This document shows positions 1 to 10,147 of a stretch of DNA of 64,000 bases, piece after piece. Positions within the stretch are counted from its first letter, which is position 1. Each line of letters begins with the position of its first letter. Origin of the DNA: an uncultured Alphaproteobacteria bacterium. GTDB taxonomy: Bacteria; Pseudomonadota; Alphaproteobacteria; Caulobacterales; Caulobacteraceae. A program made the position numbers and the translations under genes. The stretch covers positions 1,103,285-1,167,284 of the forward strand of contig CAWCDF010000002.1 in NCBI GenBank assembly GCA_963794315.1, in the 5' to 3' direction. The notes under the pieces are model-generated. The model had not been told where the DNA came from, made no database searches, and saw nothing but the letters and a program-made list of their open reading frames with translations.

Positions 1-1071
1 GAGTTCCTGGTGCGGCGCGTTGCGATGCCGTTCCTGCGCCGCTCGTTCAAGGACATGATGGACGCAAGCGAAGGCGCGAGCCTGGTCGTCACTCACACCT
101 CGGCGTTCGGCGCCCGGCTCGCCGCCGAGAAGCGCGGCCTGCCCTGGGTGTCGGCGGCGCTGGCGCCATTCGCCTTCATGTCGGCCTACGATCCGCCGGC
201 GCTCGGCATCGCGCCGAAGCTCATCGACCCCTGCCTGCGCTCCGGCGCGACGGCGGCCGCCGCGCTGCTCGGCATCGTGCGCATGGCGACCTCCGGCTGG
301 ACCGCGCCGGTGCGGCAGCTCCGCCGCGAGCTCGGCCTCGGCCGGGCGCCCGGCAACCCGCTGTTCGAAGGCCAGTTCTCGCCCTACGGCACCATCGCCC
401 TCTATTCGCGCGTGTTCGGCGAGTTGCAGCCGGACTTCCCCTGCCGCACGACCATCTGCGGCTTCACCTTCTACGATCGCGAGCGGGGCGCGGGCGAGGC
501 GCTCGACCCGACGCTGCAGCAGTTCCTCGGCGAGGGTCCGCCGCCGCTGGTCTTCACCCTGGGCTCGGCGGTGGTGTTCGACCCGGGCGACTTCTATCGC
601 CACAGCGTCGATATCGCCCGCGCGCTCAAGCGCCGCGCCGTCTTCCTCGTCGGCCAGGATCCGGCCGAGGCCCTCCCCGAGCCGCTGCCGGCCGGCATGA
701 TCGCGGTCCGCTACGCGCCGCACTCGCTGCTGTTCCCGCACGCCGAGGCCGTGATCCATCAGGGCGGCGTCGGCACCACGGCCCAGGCGCTCCGCGCCGG
801 CGTGGTGCAGCTGATCGCGCCGGCGGCCGCCGACCAGCCCGACAACGCCGCGCGCATCGCCCGCCTTGGCGTCGGCCGCGCGCTCCCGCGCGCCGAGTAC
901 GAGCCGGCGCGCGCCACCCATGAACTCGGCATCGTGCTCAAGCGCGGCGCCTATCGCGCCCGCGCCCAGGAGATCGCCCGCCGCATCGCGCTCGAGGACG
1001 GGGCCGCGACCGCCGCCGACGTGCTCGAATCCGCGTTGCAGGCGGCCCCCGCGCTTCGCCGCGCCGGCTAG
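1..1071 (+). CDS. GT1-family glycosyltransferase (RhlB/sterol-glucosyltransferase-like), 5' end outside window
   Basis: Frame is open from base 1; GT-B C-terminal motifs VFTLGS, APHSLLFP, IHQGGVGTT, DQPDNA. Confidence 0.85.
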   Translation, partial: EFLVRRVAMPFLRRSFKDMMDASEGASLVVTHTSAFGARLAAEKRGLPWVSAALAPFAFMSAYDPPALGIAPKLIDPCLRSGATAAAALLGIVRMATSGWTAPVRQLRRELGLGRAPGNPLFEGQFSPYGTIALYSRVFGELQPDFPCRTTICGFTFYDRERGAGEALDPTLQQFLGEGPPPLVFTLGSAVVFDPGDFYRHSVDIARALKRRAVFLVGQDPAEALPEPLPAGMIAVRYAPHSLLFPHAEAVIHQGGVGTTAQALRAGVVQLIAPAAADQPDNAARIARLGVGRALPRAEYEPARATHELGIVLKRGAYRARAQEIARRIALEDGAATAADVLESALQAAPALRRAG

Positions 1072-1138
1072 CGGACCGAACCGGGAAACCCTCACGAATC
1101 CAGTGTGAACGCCCGCGCGCCGGCGCCGTGCGGCATGC

Positions 1139-1154
1139 TTAAAGCGCTGTTCAT
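1139..1154 (+). promoter_or_regulatory. Possible degenerate CtrA box
   Basis: TTAA-N7-TTCAT versus consensus TTAA-N7-TTAAC, upstream of the chemotaxis operon. Confidence 0.3.
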
Positions 1155-1221
1155 TTCTCTGGCCGACCATGCCGGCCGATCGACCGAAATCCGGGCGAGG
1201 GCGAGGGCGGGCGCAGAACCG

Positions 1222-2727
1222 ATGGATTTCCACGCGTGGCGCGACATGCGCAGACCGACGACGCTGGTGGTCGGCGGGCTCGTCACCGCGCCGGCGCTCA
1301 TCCTTTATCTGACCTATCTGGTCGGCCTGCGCCCGCTTCTGCGCCAGGCTGCCCCGCACGCGGAGCCACTCTGGACCATCGGTCTGGCGGTCAGCGTGCT
1401 GGTGGCCGCTGGCCTCGGCGCCGGCGCCGGCTGGTTGATCGGCGAGCTCATCCAGGCGCCGCTGCGGCGCTGGGTCGAGTACGCCGACAAGCTGTTCATG
1501 AAGCAGGACACCAGCGAGGTCGCGCCGTTCAAGGATCACCGGGGCGCGCTGGGCAAGATTGCGCGCCTGGCCGAGGCCAGCCGCAAATGGATGGCTGATC
1601 AGGCCGCGCTGCTGGTCGAGACGCGGAAGAACGGCGAGATCTCCGAGGCGGCGCGCAAGGCGCAGGAGGAGGCGATCGCCGCCAAGGCCGACGAGCAGGC
1701 CACGGTGGTTCAACTGCTCGCCGGCGGGCTGGCGCGCCTGGCCGAAGGCGACCTCACCCTTCGGCTGGAGGAGCGCTTTCCGGCCGACTACCAACAGCTG
1801 CGCTATGACTTCAACGCCGCGGTCGAACAGCTGCAGGCGGCGATGAAAGCGCTGGCGCTCTCGGCCCAGGGCATCCGCGCCGGGGCCGACGAGATCTCGC
1901 AGTCGGCGGAGGACCTCTCCCGCCGCACCGAGAGCCAGGCCGCCAGTCTCGAGGAGACCGCAGCCGCGCTCGACCAGATCACCGCCACCGTGCGCAAGAC
2001 CGCCGACGGTGCGACCGAGGCCAGCGACGTGGTGCTGACCGCCAAGACCGACGCCGAGCAGAGCGGCCAGGTGGTGCGCGACGCCGTCGCGGCGATGAGC
2101 GAGATCGAGCGCTCGGCGCAGCAGATCTCGCAGATCATCGGCGTCATCGACGAGATCGCCTTCCAGACCAACCTCCTGGCCCTGAACGCCGGCGTCGAGG
2201 CGGCCCGCGCAGGCGACGCAGGGCGTGGCTTTGCGGTCGTGGCCAGCGAGGTGCGCGCGCTCGCCCAGCGCTCGGCCGCGGCGGCGAAGGAGATCAAGGC
2301 GCTCATCTCCACCTCTTCCGGCCAGGTGACGCGCGGGGTGCAGCTGGTCGGCGAGACCGGCCAAGCGCTCGACCGCATCCTCGCCAAGGTGGGCGACATC
2401 AACCAGCTGGTCGCCGGCATCGCCGCCTCGGCCAAGGAACAGGCGATGGGGCTGCACGAGGTGAACAGCTCGATCACGCAGATGGACCACGTCACCCAGC
2501 AGAACGCCGCGATGGTGCAGGAGAGCACCGCCGCCAGCTTCGCGCTCGCCTCCGAGGCGCAGCAGCTGACCGTGCTGATCCAGGGATTCGAGATCGGCGA
2601 GGCGCTGGGCGCGGCGCCGCCGCTGCCGGCGTCCGCCCACGTGGCGCCGGCGCGGCGCGAGCTGCGCGTTGCGGCCGGCGGCGGCCGGCGCGGCGAGGGC
2701 GCCCAAGACGGCTGGGAGGAGTTCTGA
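1222..2727 (+). CDS. Methyl-accepting chemotaxis protein (start uncertain: 1105, 1222 or slightly later)
   Basis: Two TM segments, HAMP region, signalling hairpin [20 protein letters not shown]...[11 protein letters not shown]-terminal GWEEF pentapeptide. Confidence 0.95.
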   Translation: MDFHAWRDMRRPTTLVVGGLVTAPALILYLTYLVGLRPLLRQAAPHAEPLWTIGLAVSVLVAAGLGAGAGWLIGELIQAPLRRWVEYADKLFMKQDTSEVAPFKDHRGALGKIARLAEASRKWMADQAALLVETRKNGEISEAARKAQEEAIAAKADEQATVVQLLAGGLARLAEGDLTLRLEERFPADYQQLRYDFNAAVEQLQAAMKALALSAQGIRAGADEISQSAEDLSRRTESQAASLEETAAALDQITATVRKTADGATEASDVVLTAKTDAEQSGQVVRDAVAAMSEIERSAQQISQIIGVIDEIAFQTNLLALNAGVEAARAGDAGRGFAVVASEVRALAQRSAAAAKEIKALISTSSGQVTRGVQLVGETGQALDRILAKVGDINQLVAGIAASAKEQAMGLHEVNSSITQMDHVTQQNAAMVQESTAASFALASEAQQLTVLIQGFEIGEALGAAPPLPASAHVAPARRELRVAAGGGRRGEGAQDGWEEF

Positions 2728-2737
2728 GGCGCCGCGC

Positions 2738-3007
2738 ATGAGCGAACCGCCCGCCCAGGTCGCACTGACTGACGTGCTCGATCTCACCGAGGCGAGGCCG
2801 CTCGCCGCGGCGCTTGCGGCCCTGCGCGGCCGGCCGCTGCAGGTCAACGCGTCGGCCGTCAGCCGCCTTGGCGCGCTCTGCCTGCAGGTCCTGATCGCCG
2901 CGCGCCGCACCTGGGCCGCCGATGGGGCCCCGTTCGCGATCGTCGGCGTCTCGCCCGCCTTCGCCGAGCAATCGGCCAGGCTCGGCGCCCAAGGCCTGGT
3001 CGGATGA
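2738..3007 (+). CDS. STAS-domain chemotaxis protein (Caulobacter CheX-type)
   Basis: LDLTEARPL...VNASAVSRLGALCLQVL STAS_2 pattern; lies between mcp and cheY. Confidence 0.8.
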   Translation: MSEPPAQVALTDVLDLTEARPLAAALAALRGRPLQVNASAVSRLGALCLQVLIAARRTWAADGAPFAIVGVSPAFAEQSARLGAQGLVG

Positions 3008-3020
3008 GGGAGCCGCCCCG

Positions 3021-3392
3021 TTGAGCGACGATGCGAAGACCATCCTCACCGTCGACGACTCGCGCACGATGCGCGACATGCTGCGGCTGGCGCTGGCCGA
3101 GGCCGGCTACCGCGTGGTGCAGGCCATCGACGGCGTCGACGGGCTCGAGCGCCTCGAGGCCGAGGGCGCCGACGTCATCATCACCGACATCAACATGCCG
3201 AACCTGGACGGACTGGGCTTTATCGAGCGCGTGCGCGGCGACCTTCGCCACCGCGCCACGCCGATCCTGGTGCTCACCACCGAGAGCGAGCCGGAGGTGA
3301 AGGACCGTGCGCGCAAGGCCGGCGCGACCGGCTGGATCGTCAAGCCGTTCAATCCCGGCAAGCTGGTGGACGCCATCCGCCGCGTGGCGTGA
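3021..3392 (+). CDS. cheY: Chemotaxis response regulator CheY
   Basis: ILTVDDS, ITDINMP, LTTES, KPF receiver motifs; TTG start after a GAGGGAG RBS. Confidence 0.92.
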   Translation: MSDDAKTILTVDDSRTMRDMLRLALAEAGYRVVQAIDGVDGLERLEAEGADVIITDINMPNLDGLGFIERVRGDLRHRATPILVLTTESEPEVKDRARKAGATGWIVKPFNPGKLVDAIRRVA

Positions 3393-3399
3393 GCGGACG

Positions 3400-5469
3400 A
3401 TGGCCGAGCATCGCCCCGTCGGAGTGCTCTCGCCGGAAAGCCTCGCGGCGATCCGCGTCGTCTTTTTTCAGGAGTGCGAGGAGCATGTCGCCGACCTCGA
3501 GTCCGGGCTGACCGCGCTCGAGTGCGGCGACCGCGACCCGGAGCTGATCAACGCTGTCTTCCGCGCCGTGCACTCGATCAAGGGGGGCGCCGGCATCTTC
3601 GAGCTCGAAGCGCTCGTCCAGTTCGCCCATCGCTTCGAGAGCGCGCTGGCCGAGGTGCGCGCGGGCCGCCTCGAGGCGACGCCCGACATCGTCCGTGTCT
3701 TCCTGCGCGCCGCCGACACCCTCGCCGACCTGGTGCAGGCGGCCCGCGACGGCCAGGCGGTCAGCCTCGACCGCACCGGTGCGATCAGCCAGGAGCTCGA
3801 GCGCCTCGCGGCGTCCGAGGCCGCTGCGTTCGAGACCTTCGACGACCTCGACTTCGAGCCCAGGTCGATTGCGTTCAAGCCGCTGCCGCCGGCCGCCGGC
3901 CCGCAAACCTGGCGCGTCCGGTTCCGGCCGCACGCGAGCCTCTACGCCAAGGGCAACGAACCCCTGGTGCTCATCCGCGAGCTCGGGCGTCTCGGCGAGA
4001 TGGCCGTCGAGCTCGACGCCGAGCAGGTGCCGACTCTGGACGCCTTCGACGCCGAAGACTCCTATCTGAGCTGGACGATCACGCTCACCACGACGGCGGA
4101 CGAGGCGGCGATCCTCGAGGTGTTCGAGTTCGTCGAAGGCGACTGCGAACTGGTGGTCACGCCGGAAGCGGACGTCGCGCCGCCGCTGGCCGCGCCAGCC
4201 CCGCCGGCGCGGAGCGAGGCCGCCGAGCCGGTCGAACCCAGGTCCGCCGGCCCGGCGCCGGCGACAATGGACCCGACCGCGATCCGCGTCGACCTTCCGC
4301 GGGTCGAGCGGCTGGTCGACCTGGTCGGCGAACTGGTCGTGCACCAGGCGATCCTCGCCGAGCGCATCTCGGCCGAGACGTCGCGGCGCAACGACAGCGT
4401 CGCCCAGGCGCTGGACGATCTCGGCCAGCTGACGCGCGACATCCAGGAAAGCGTGATGGCCATCCGCGCGCAGCCGGTGAAGGCGGTCTTCCAGCGCATG
4501 GCGCGCCTCGTCCGCGAGGCGGAAGCCGCCAGCGGCAAGCGCGTGCGGCTGGTCGTCGAGGGCGAGGCGACCGAGGTCGACCGCACCGTGATCGAGCGGC
4601 TGACCGAGCCGCTGACCCACATGGTGCGCAACGCGGTCGCCCACGGCGTGGAAAGTCCGGAGCGGCGCGGCGCCCTTGGCAAGCCCGTCGAGGGCCTGGT
4701 GCGCATCTCGGCGGCCCAGCGCGGGGGACGGATCGTCATCGAGGTGGCCGACGACGGCCAGGGCCTCGACCGCGAGCGCGTGCGTGCGCTGGCCGTCGCG
4801 CGCGGGCTGGTCGCCGAGGACGCATCCCTCGCCGACGAGGACGTCGACAACCTGATCTTCGCGCCCGGCTTTTCGACCGCCGACAGCATCTCGGACCTGT
4901 CGGGACGCGGCGTCGGCCTCGACGTCGTGCGCCGCGGCGTGCAGGCGCTCGGCGGCCGCATCTCGGTCAGCTCGCTTAAGGGCGCCGGCTCGACCTTCAC
5001 GCTCAGCCTGCCTCTGACGTTGGCCGTGCTCGACGGCATGCTGGTCAGAGTCGGCAGGCATGCCCTGATCGCCCCGCTCGCGAGCCTGATCGAGACGGTG
5101 CAGCCCAGGCCAGCCGACATCAGACGGCTTGGCGCGAGCGCCAGTCTGCTCTCCATCCGCGGAAGCCACGTGCCGCTGATCGATCTTGGCCGCGCGCTCG
5201 GCTACGCCGCCGTCCCCGACGAGGCCGCCCCGCATCGCGTAGCGCTCCTGGTCGAGGACGACGCGAGCGAGCAGGCGGCGCTCCTCGTCGATGAGGTGCT
5301 CGGCCAGCGTCAGGTCGTGATCAAGAGCCTCGAGGCGAACTACCGCGCGGTCGACGGCGTCGCCGCCGCCACCATCCTCGGCGACGGGCAGGTTGCGCTC
5401 ATCCTCGATATCGCCGCCGTCATCGCCGCGGAGCGACGCCGGGCCGATCACGCCAACGTCGCCGCCTGA
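3400..5469 (+). CDS. cheA: Chemotaxis histidine kinase CheA
   Basis: Hpt FRAVHSIKGGAG, HMVRNAVAHG, DDGQG, GFST...SGRGVGLDVV, C-terminal CheW domain. Confidence 0.97.
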   Translation: MAEHRPVGVLSPESLAAIRVVFFQECEEHVADLESGLTALECGDRDPELINAVFRAVHSIKGGAGIFELEALVQFAHRFESALAEVRAGRLEATPDIVRVFLRAADTLADLVQAARDGQAVSLDRTGAISQELERLAASEAAAFETFDDLDFEPRSIAFKPLPPAAGPQTWRVRFRPHASLYAKGNEPLVLIRELGRLGEMAVELDAEQVPTLDAFDAEDSYLSWTITLTTTADEAAILEVFEFVEGDCELVVTPEADVAPPLAAPAPPARSEAAEPVEPRSAGPAPATMDPTAIRVDLPRVERLVDLVGELVVHQAILAERISAETSRRNDSVAQALDDLGQLTRDIQESVMAIRAQPVKAVFQRMARLVREAEAASGKRVRLVVEGEATEVDRTVIERLTEPLTHMVRNAVAHGVESPERRGALGKPVEGLVRISAAQRGGRIVIEVADDGQGLDRERVRALAVARGLVAEDASLADEDVDNLIFAPGFSTADSISDLSGRGVGLDVVRRGVQALGGRISVSSLKGAGSTFTLSLPLTLAVLDGMLVRVGRHALIAPLASLIETVQPRPADIRRLGASASLLSIRGSHVPLIDLGRALGYAAVPDEAAPHRVALLVEDDASEQAALLVDEVLGQRQVVIKSLEANYRAVDGVAAATILGDGQVALILDIAAVIAAERRRADHANVAA

Positions 5470-5483
5470 AGGAGGCCGCCGCC

Positions 5484-5948
5484 ATGTCCGAATCCCTGAA
5501 CGAGGCCCAGCGCGAGCTGATCAGCTTCCGCGTCGGCGAGCAGTTCTTCTGCGTCGATATCATGGCCGTGCGCGAGATCCGCGGCTGGTCGCCGCCGACG
5601 CCGCTGCCGCAGTCGCCGTCTTTCGTCACCGGCGTGATCAACCTGCGCGGCCAGGTGCTGCCGATCGTCGACATGGCCGCGCGCCTCGGGCTCAGCCCCG
5701 CCGAGGCCACGGCCAGGCACGTGATCATCGTCGTCTCGATCGGCGGCCGTCTGGTCGGCGTGCTCGTCGACGCCGTCTGCGACATCATCGCCGTCGCGCC
5801 CGACGCGCTGCAGCCGCCACCCGACCTGACCGGCGAGGCGGCGAGCGCCTTCGTCACCGGTCTTCTGACCGACGAAGACCGCCTGATCAGCCTGGTGGCG
5901 CTCGACAACTTGATCCCCGCCCTCGAGACCGGCAGCCAGGCCGCATGA
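5484..5948 (+). CDS. cheW: CheW coupling protein
   Basis: VREIRGW, GVINLRGQVLPIVD, GVLVDAV. Confidence 0.95.
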   Translation: MSESLNEAQRELISFRVGEQFFCVDIMAVREIRGWSPPTPLPQSPSFVTGVINLRGQVLPIVDMAARLGLSPAEATARHVIIVVSIGGRLVGVLVDAVCDIIAVAPDALQPPPDLTGEAASAFVTGLLTDEDRLISLVALDNLIPALETGSQAA

Positions 5949-6835
5949 CGGTCGCGCCCGACCCGCAACACGGCGCATTGGCGCAGGAGCTGGTCGCCGG
6001 CGACTATCCGTTCACGCGCGCCGACTTTCGCCGCATCGCGCGCATGCTGCACGACGACCTCGGCATCACGCTCAACGAGACCAAGGCCCCGCTGGTCTAT
6101 TCCCGCCTGGTCCGCCGCCTGCGAGCGCTGGGCTTAAGAAGCTTCAAGGACTACTGCGTCATCGTCGGTCAGGTCTCGGGACGCGAGGAGCGGCAGGCCA
6201 TGGCCGCGGCGCTGACCACCAACGTCACGCGCTTCTTCCGCGAGCCTCATCACTACGAGCACTTCCGCAAGCACCAGCTGCCGGCCCTCGTAGACCGGGC
6301 GCGGCGGGGCGGTCGGGTGCGGCTGTGGTCGGCCGGCTGCTCCTCCGGCGAGGAGGCCTATTCGCTGGCGCTCACGGTGCTGGCGGCCTGCCCCGAGGCG
6401 GCGCGCCTCGACGTCAGGATCCTCGCCACCGATATCGACGAGACCATGCTCGAACAGGCGCGCGAGGGGCTCTACAGCGACCATGCCGTCTCGCCGATCG
6501 ACCGGGCGCTGCGCCGCCGCTGGTTCGGGCGCGGTCGCGACAGGCACGGCGAGCGTCAGTGGAGCGTCGGCGAAGAGTTGCGCGCTCTGGTCGCGGTCAA
6601 GTCGCTGAATCTCAACGGCGTCTGGCCGATGCGCGGGCCGTTCCAGACCATCTTCTGCCGCAACGTCGCGATCTATTTCGAGGAGCACGTCCGCGGCGAG
6701 CTCTGGCGCCGCCTCGCGCCCATGCTCACGCCCGACGGGCTGCTCTATCTCGGCCACTCCGAGCGCATCGTCAGCGCCGACTTCCGCGCGGTCGGCCACA
6801 CCGTCTATCGTAGCGCGCCGGCGGCGGGCGCCTGA
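5945..6835 (+). CDS. cheR: CheR methyltransferase
   Basis: LTTNVTRFFREPHH, WSAGCSSGEEAYS, ILATDID, IFCRNVAIYF, LGHSE; ATGA overlap with cheW. Confidence 0.95.
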   Translation: MTVAPDPQHGALAQELVAGDYPFTRADFRRIARMLHDDLGITLNETKAPLVYSRLVRRLRALGLRSFKDYCVIVGQVSGREERQAMAAALTTNVTRFFREPHHYEHFRKHQLPALVDRARRGGRVRLWSAGCSSGEEAYSLALTVLAACPEAARLDVRILATDIDETMLEQAREGLYSDHAVSPIDRALRRRWFGRGRDRHGERQWSVGEELRALVAVKSLNLNGVWPMRGPFQTIFCRNVAIYFEEHVRGELWRRLAPMLTPDGLLYLGHSERIVSADFRAVGHTVYRSAPAAGA

Positions 6836-6839
6836 GGCG

Positions 6840-7229
6840 ATGCCGGCAGCGGCAGACATGCAGGTCATGGTCGTCGACGACCAGCGCGCCATGCGCAATC
6901 TCGTGCGCAGCAGTCTGAACGAGCTCGGCTGCGGACAGGTGACGGAATGCGCCGATGGCCGCGAGGCGCTCGAGACCCTGCGGCGGCAGCCGGCTCACCT
7001 GGTCATCTCCGACATGAACATGCCGGTGATGGACGGGCTGGCGCTGCTGCGCGCCATGCGGGCCGAGCCGAACCTGATCGGCGTCGGCTTCATCATGCTG
7101 ACCAGCCGCGGGGAGGCGGAGCTGGTGCGCGAGGCGATCGCCGCCGGCGTCAACAACTACCTGGTCAAGCCGTTCACGATGGCGATCCTTCGCCGGAAGA
7201 TCGAAGCCGTCTTCGGGCCCCTGACATGA
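6840..7229 (+). CDS. cheY: Second CheY-type response regulator
   Basis: VVDDQ, ISDMNMP, MLTS, KPF. Confidence 0.9.
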   Translation: MPAAADMQVMVVDDQRAMRNLVRSSLNELGCGQVTECADGREALETLRRQPAHLVISDMNMPVMDGLALLRAMRAEPNLIGVGFIMLTSRGEAELVREAIAAGVNNYLVKPFTMAILRRKIEAVFGPLT

Positions 7230-7789
7230 ACGCGGCGAGCCACCACCGCAGGGACTCGCGCGAGCGGCGCATCCACATCGTCCAGGGCCAGTACCACGTG
7301 ACGGGCGAGCCCAACGTCGTGCTGACCACCACCCTCGGCAGCTGCGTGGCCGCCTGCGTGCGCGATCCCTTGGCCGGCGTCGGTGGGATGAACCACTTCC
7401 TGCTGCCCGAGGGAGAGGCGGCCGACGGGCCCGACGCCTTCCGCTATGGCGCCTACGCCATGGAGCTCCTTCTGAATGGGCTTTTCGCGCAGGGGGCGCG
7501 GCGCGAGCGGCTGAGCGCCAAGCTGTTCGGGGGCGCCCGGCTGGTCGGCCGCTTCTACGATATCGGCGCCCAGAACATCGCCTTCGCCCGCGCCTTCCTG
7601 CGCCGCGAAGGCATCAGCCTCGACGGCGGCAGCGTGCGCGGGCCGCACGCGCGGCGCATCCAATACTGGCCGGTGAGCGGGCGCGTGCGCCAGCTCAGGC
7701 TGATCCGCGGCGAGGACGCCGTCTTCGCCGCCGAAACCGCGACCCGGCCGCCCGCGCCGGACTGGGGCGCCGTGGAGCTGTTCGAATGA
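7226..7789 (+). CDS. cheD: Chemoreceptor glutamine deamidase CheD
   Basis: TTLGSCVAAC, GGMNHFLLP, AKLFGGA, IGAQN. Confidence 0.93.
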   Translation: MNAASHHRRDSRERRIHIVQGQYHVTGEPNVVLTTTLGSCVAACVRDPLAGVGGMNHFLLPEGEAADGPDAFRYGAYAMELLLNGLFAQGARRERLSAKLFGGARLVGRFYDIGAQNIAFARAFLRREGISLDGGSVRGPHARRIQYWPVSGRVRQLRLIRGEDAVFAAETATRPPAPDWGAVELFE

Positions 7790-8085
7790 GCGAGTCGATC
7801 GAGGCGGGTCTTGGCGAGGTGCTGATCGACGTCGAGCGGGAGCTTCGTCAGCTGGTGTGGAAGGCCGACCGCCTGCAGGAGACGCTTGGCGATCTTGTCG
7901 CCAGGGCCGGCGAGCGCATCGATCACGCAGCGATCGAGGAAGCGCAGGCGATCGACTTCATCAGCCAGCGCCTCTCACGCCTGGCGCGCACCGTCGGCCA
8001 GGCTGCCGCGGCCCTCGGCGCCGCCGGCGCCTCCCCGCCGCCCGCCAGAGCCGAGCCCGCCGCCGGCGACTACGAGGCGTTCTGA
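7786..8085 (+). CDS. Small helical protein in the CheU position
   Basis: ATGA overlap with cheD; QAIDFISQRL resembles CheU-type proteins; mostly positional evidence. Confidence 0.55.
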   Translation: MSESIEAGLGEVLIDVERELRQLVWKADRLQETLGDLVARAGERIDHAAIEEAQAIDFISQRLSRLARTVGQAAAALGAAGASPPPARAEPAAGDYEAF

Positions 8086-8211
8086 GCCGCCCCGGCAGCG
8101 TCCGTCCAGCGAGCGAATTCCATTGCCGCAAGCCGTGATTCGCTTTTCGGCGGCGACGGTTCTAAGACTTCGGCAAAGGCCACCCAATGCATTTCCAGGA
8201 GGAAGAGATTC

Positions 8212-9396
8212 ATGCGTGAAGCCGTCGTCGTTTCCTATGCCCGCACGGGCCTGGCCAAATCCGGCCGCGGCGGGTTCAACATCACGCCCGACGGTCACCA
8301 TGGCCGCCCACGCCGTGAAGCACGCGGTCGAGCAGGGCCGGCGTCGAGAAGGAGGCGGTCGAGGACTGCTTCATGGGCAACGTCGCCCACGGCGCCGGCA
8401 ACCTCGGCCGCAACGCCGCGCTGCTGGCCGGCCTGCCGATCACCACCGCCGGCGTGACCATCAACCGCTTCTGCTCTTCCGGCCTGCAGTCGATCGCCAT
8501 GGCCGCGCGCTACATCGTCGATGACGGCGCGGCGTGCGTCGTGGCCGGCGGCGTGGAGTCGATCAGCTTCCCCGGCGGCGGCGGCGCGCGCGAGAACAAC
8601 GATCCGCGCCTGGTCGAGATGTACCCCGACATCCACATGGCGATGATCGACACCGCCGACATCGTCGCCGAGCGCTACAAGGTCAGCCGCGAATACCAGG
8701 ACGAGTACTCGCTCGAATCCCAGCGCCGCATGGCCGCGGCCCAGCAGGCCGGCAAGTTCAAGGACGAGATCGTCCCGATGAAGACCAAGATGAAGGTGGT
8801 CAACAAGGAGACCAAGGAAGAGACGCATCGTCGACTACGTGGTCGACCGCGACGAGTGCAATCGTCCGGACACCACGCTGGAGGGCCTCGCCAAGCTCGA
8901 GCCGGTGCAAGGGCCCGGGCAAATTCATCACCGCCGGCAACGCCTCGCAGCTCTCCGACGGCGCCGCCGCGGTGGTGCTGATGGAAGCCAAGGAGGCCGA
9001 GCGCCGCGGGCTGGAGCCGCTGGGCGCGCTTCAGGGGCTGGGCCGTCGCCGGCTGCAAGCCGGACGAGATGGGCATCGGCCCGGTGTTCGCCGTGCCGCG
9101 CCTGCTCGAGCGCCACGGCCTGAAGGTCGACGACATCGACCTGTGGGAGCTGAACGAGGCCTTCGCCGTCGCAGTGCCTCTACTGCCGCGACACGCTGCG
9201 GCATCGATCCGGAGAAGTACAACGTCAACGGCGGCTCGATCGCCATCGGCCACCCCTTCGGCATGACCGGCGCCCGCCTCACCGGCCACATCCTGCAGGA
9301 AGGCCAAGCGGCGCGGCAAGGTCAAGTACGCCGTCGTCACCATGTGCATCGGCGGCGGCCATGGGCGGCGCCGGCCTGTTCGAAGCCTACACCTGA
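8212..9396 (+). CDS. Acetyl-CoA C-acyltransferase (thiolase), broken by about nine single-base insertions (probably assembly errors)
   Basis: Pieces in successive frames: [62 protein letters not shown]. Confidence 0.9.
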
Positions 9397-9397
9397 G

Positions 9398-10036
9398 TTG
9401 AGCGCGGACGGCCGGTCCTTGGTCGAAGGGCCGGCCCGTTTCGCTTGGCGTCCCGGCGACGTCATCGTCGTTCGGCATGTGCAGCACGGCCGCGTTTGGC
9501 ACGCCGACGCGGCCGTTGTCGTTGAAGATGCGCCAGAGCGGCTGATCGTCTACCGACCCCTCGGCGGCGCCAGCCAGGCGAGCGCTCTCGACTGGTCGAC
9601 CGGCGTGTTTGACGGCCCCCATCCACGCCGCCGGCATACGACGGACGCCCTGACTATCGTCGTTCCGGGCGCCGGCCACGCCGTGACCGCCATGTACGCC
9701 GGCGGCGGGGGCGCCTTTCTCTGTTGGTACGTCGACCTGCAGGCCCCTTTCCGGCGGACGCCCGATGGCGTCGTCACCTGCGACCAGTCGCTCGACATCG
9801 TCATCGGGCCGGACCGACGCTGGCGCTGGAAGGACGAGGACCACCTGGCGTTCAGCGTCGGACTCGGCTGGCGCACGCAAGCCGAGGCGGAGGCCATCCG
9901 CGCCGAGGGCGAGCGGGTGATCGCGGCGCTGGAGCGCGGTGACGCGCCGTTCAGCGAGCCCTGGCCGGCCTGGCGCGCCGACCCGGCCTGGCCCATGCCC
10001 GAACTCCCGGACGACTGGTCAGTCGTCCCGCCATAG
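9398..10036 (+). CDS. DUF402-domain protein
   Basis: WYVDLQAPF...DQSLDIV...WKDED motif set; start uncertain. Confidence 0.75.
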   Translation: MSADGRSLVEGPARFAWRPGDVIVVRHVQHGRVWHADAAVVVEDAPERLIVYRPLGGASQASALDWSTGVFDGPHPRRRHTTDALTIVVPGAGHAVTAMYAGGGGAFLCWYVDLQAPFRRTPDGVVTCDQSLDIVIGPDRRWRWKDEDHLAFSVGLGWRTQAEAEAIRAEGERVIAALERGDAPFSEPWPAWRADPAWPMPELPDDWSVVPP

Positions 10037-10147
10037 GTTTAGAGCGGCCGGCCGAAGGCGATCAGGCCGATCGTCCGGCCCGCCTCTCCACAAGCGTGAG
10101 CGGGAGGTGCTAACCTGCCCGTCAGAGACTTCCGGCAAAGGCAAGGG

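Noticed and set aside
1140-1170. Sigma28-like promoter (TAAA...GCCGACCA) before the MCP
   Set aside because: Spacing is 18 bp rather than ~15; a CtrA-like box fits the same bases better
3349-5451. Long antisense or alternate-frame ORFs (e.g. 700 aa opposite cheA, 612 aa at 36803-38641, 528 aa at 47644-49230)
   Set aside because: Shadow ORFs typical of high-GC coding DNA; no motifs, and each overlaps a well-supported gene
8534-10036. 500-aa thiolase-DUF402 fusion suggested by the ORF track
   Set aside because: Produced by the thiolase indels; the thiolase has its own stop at 9394-9396
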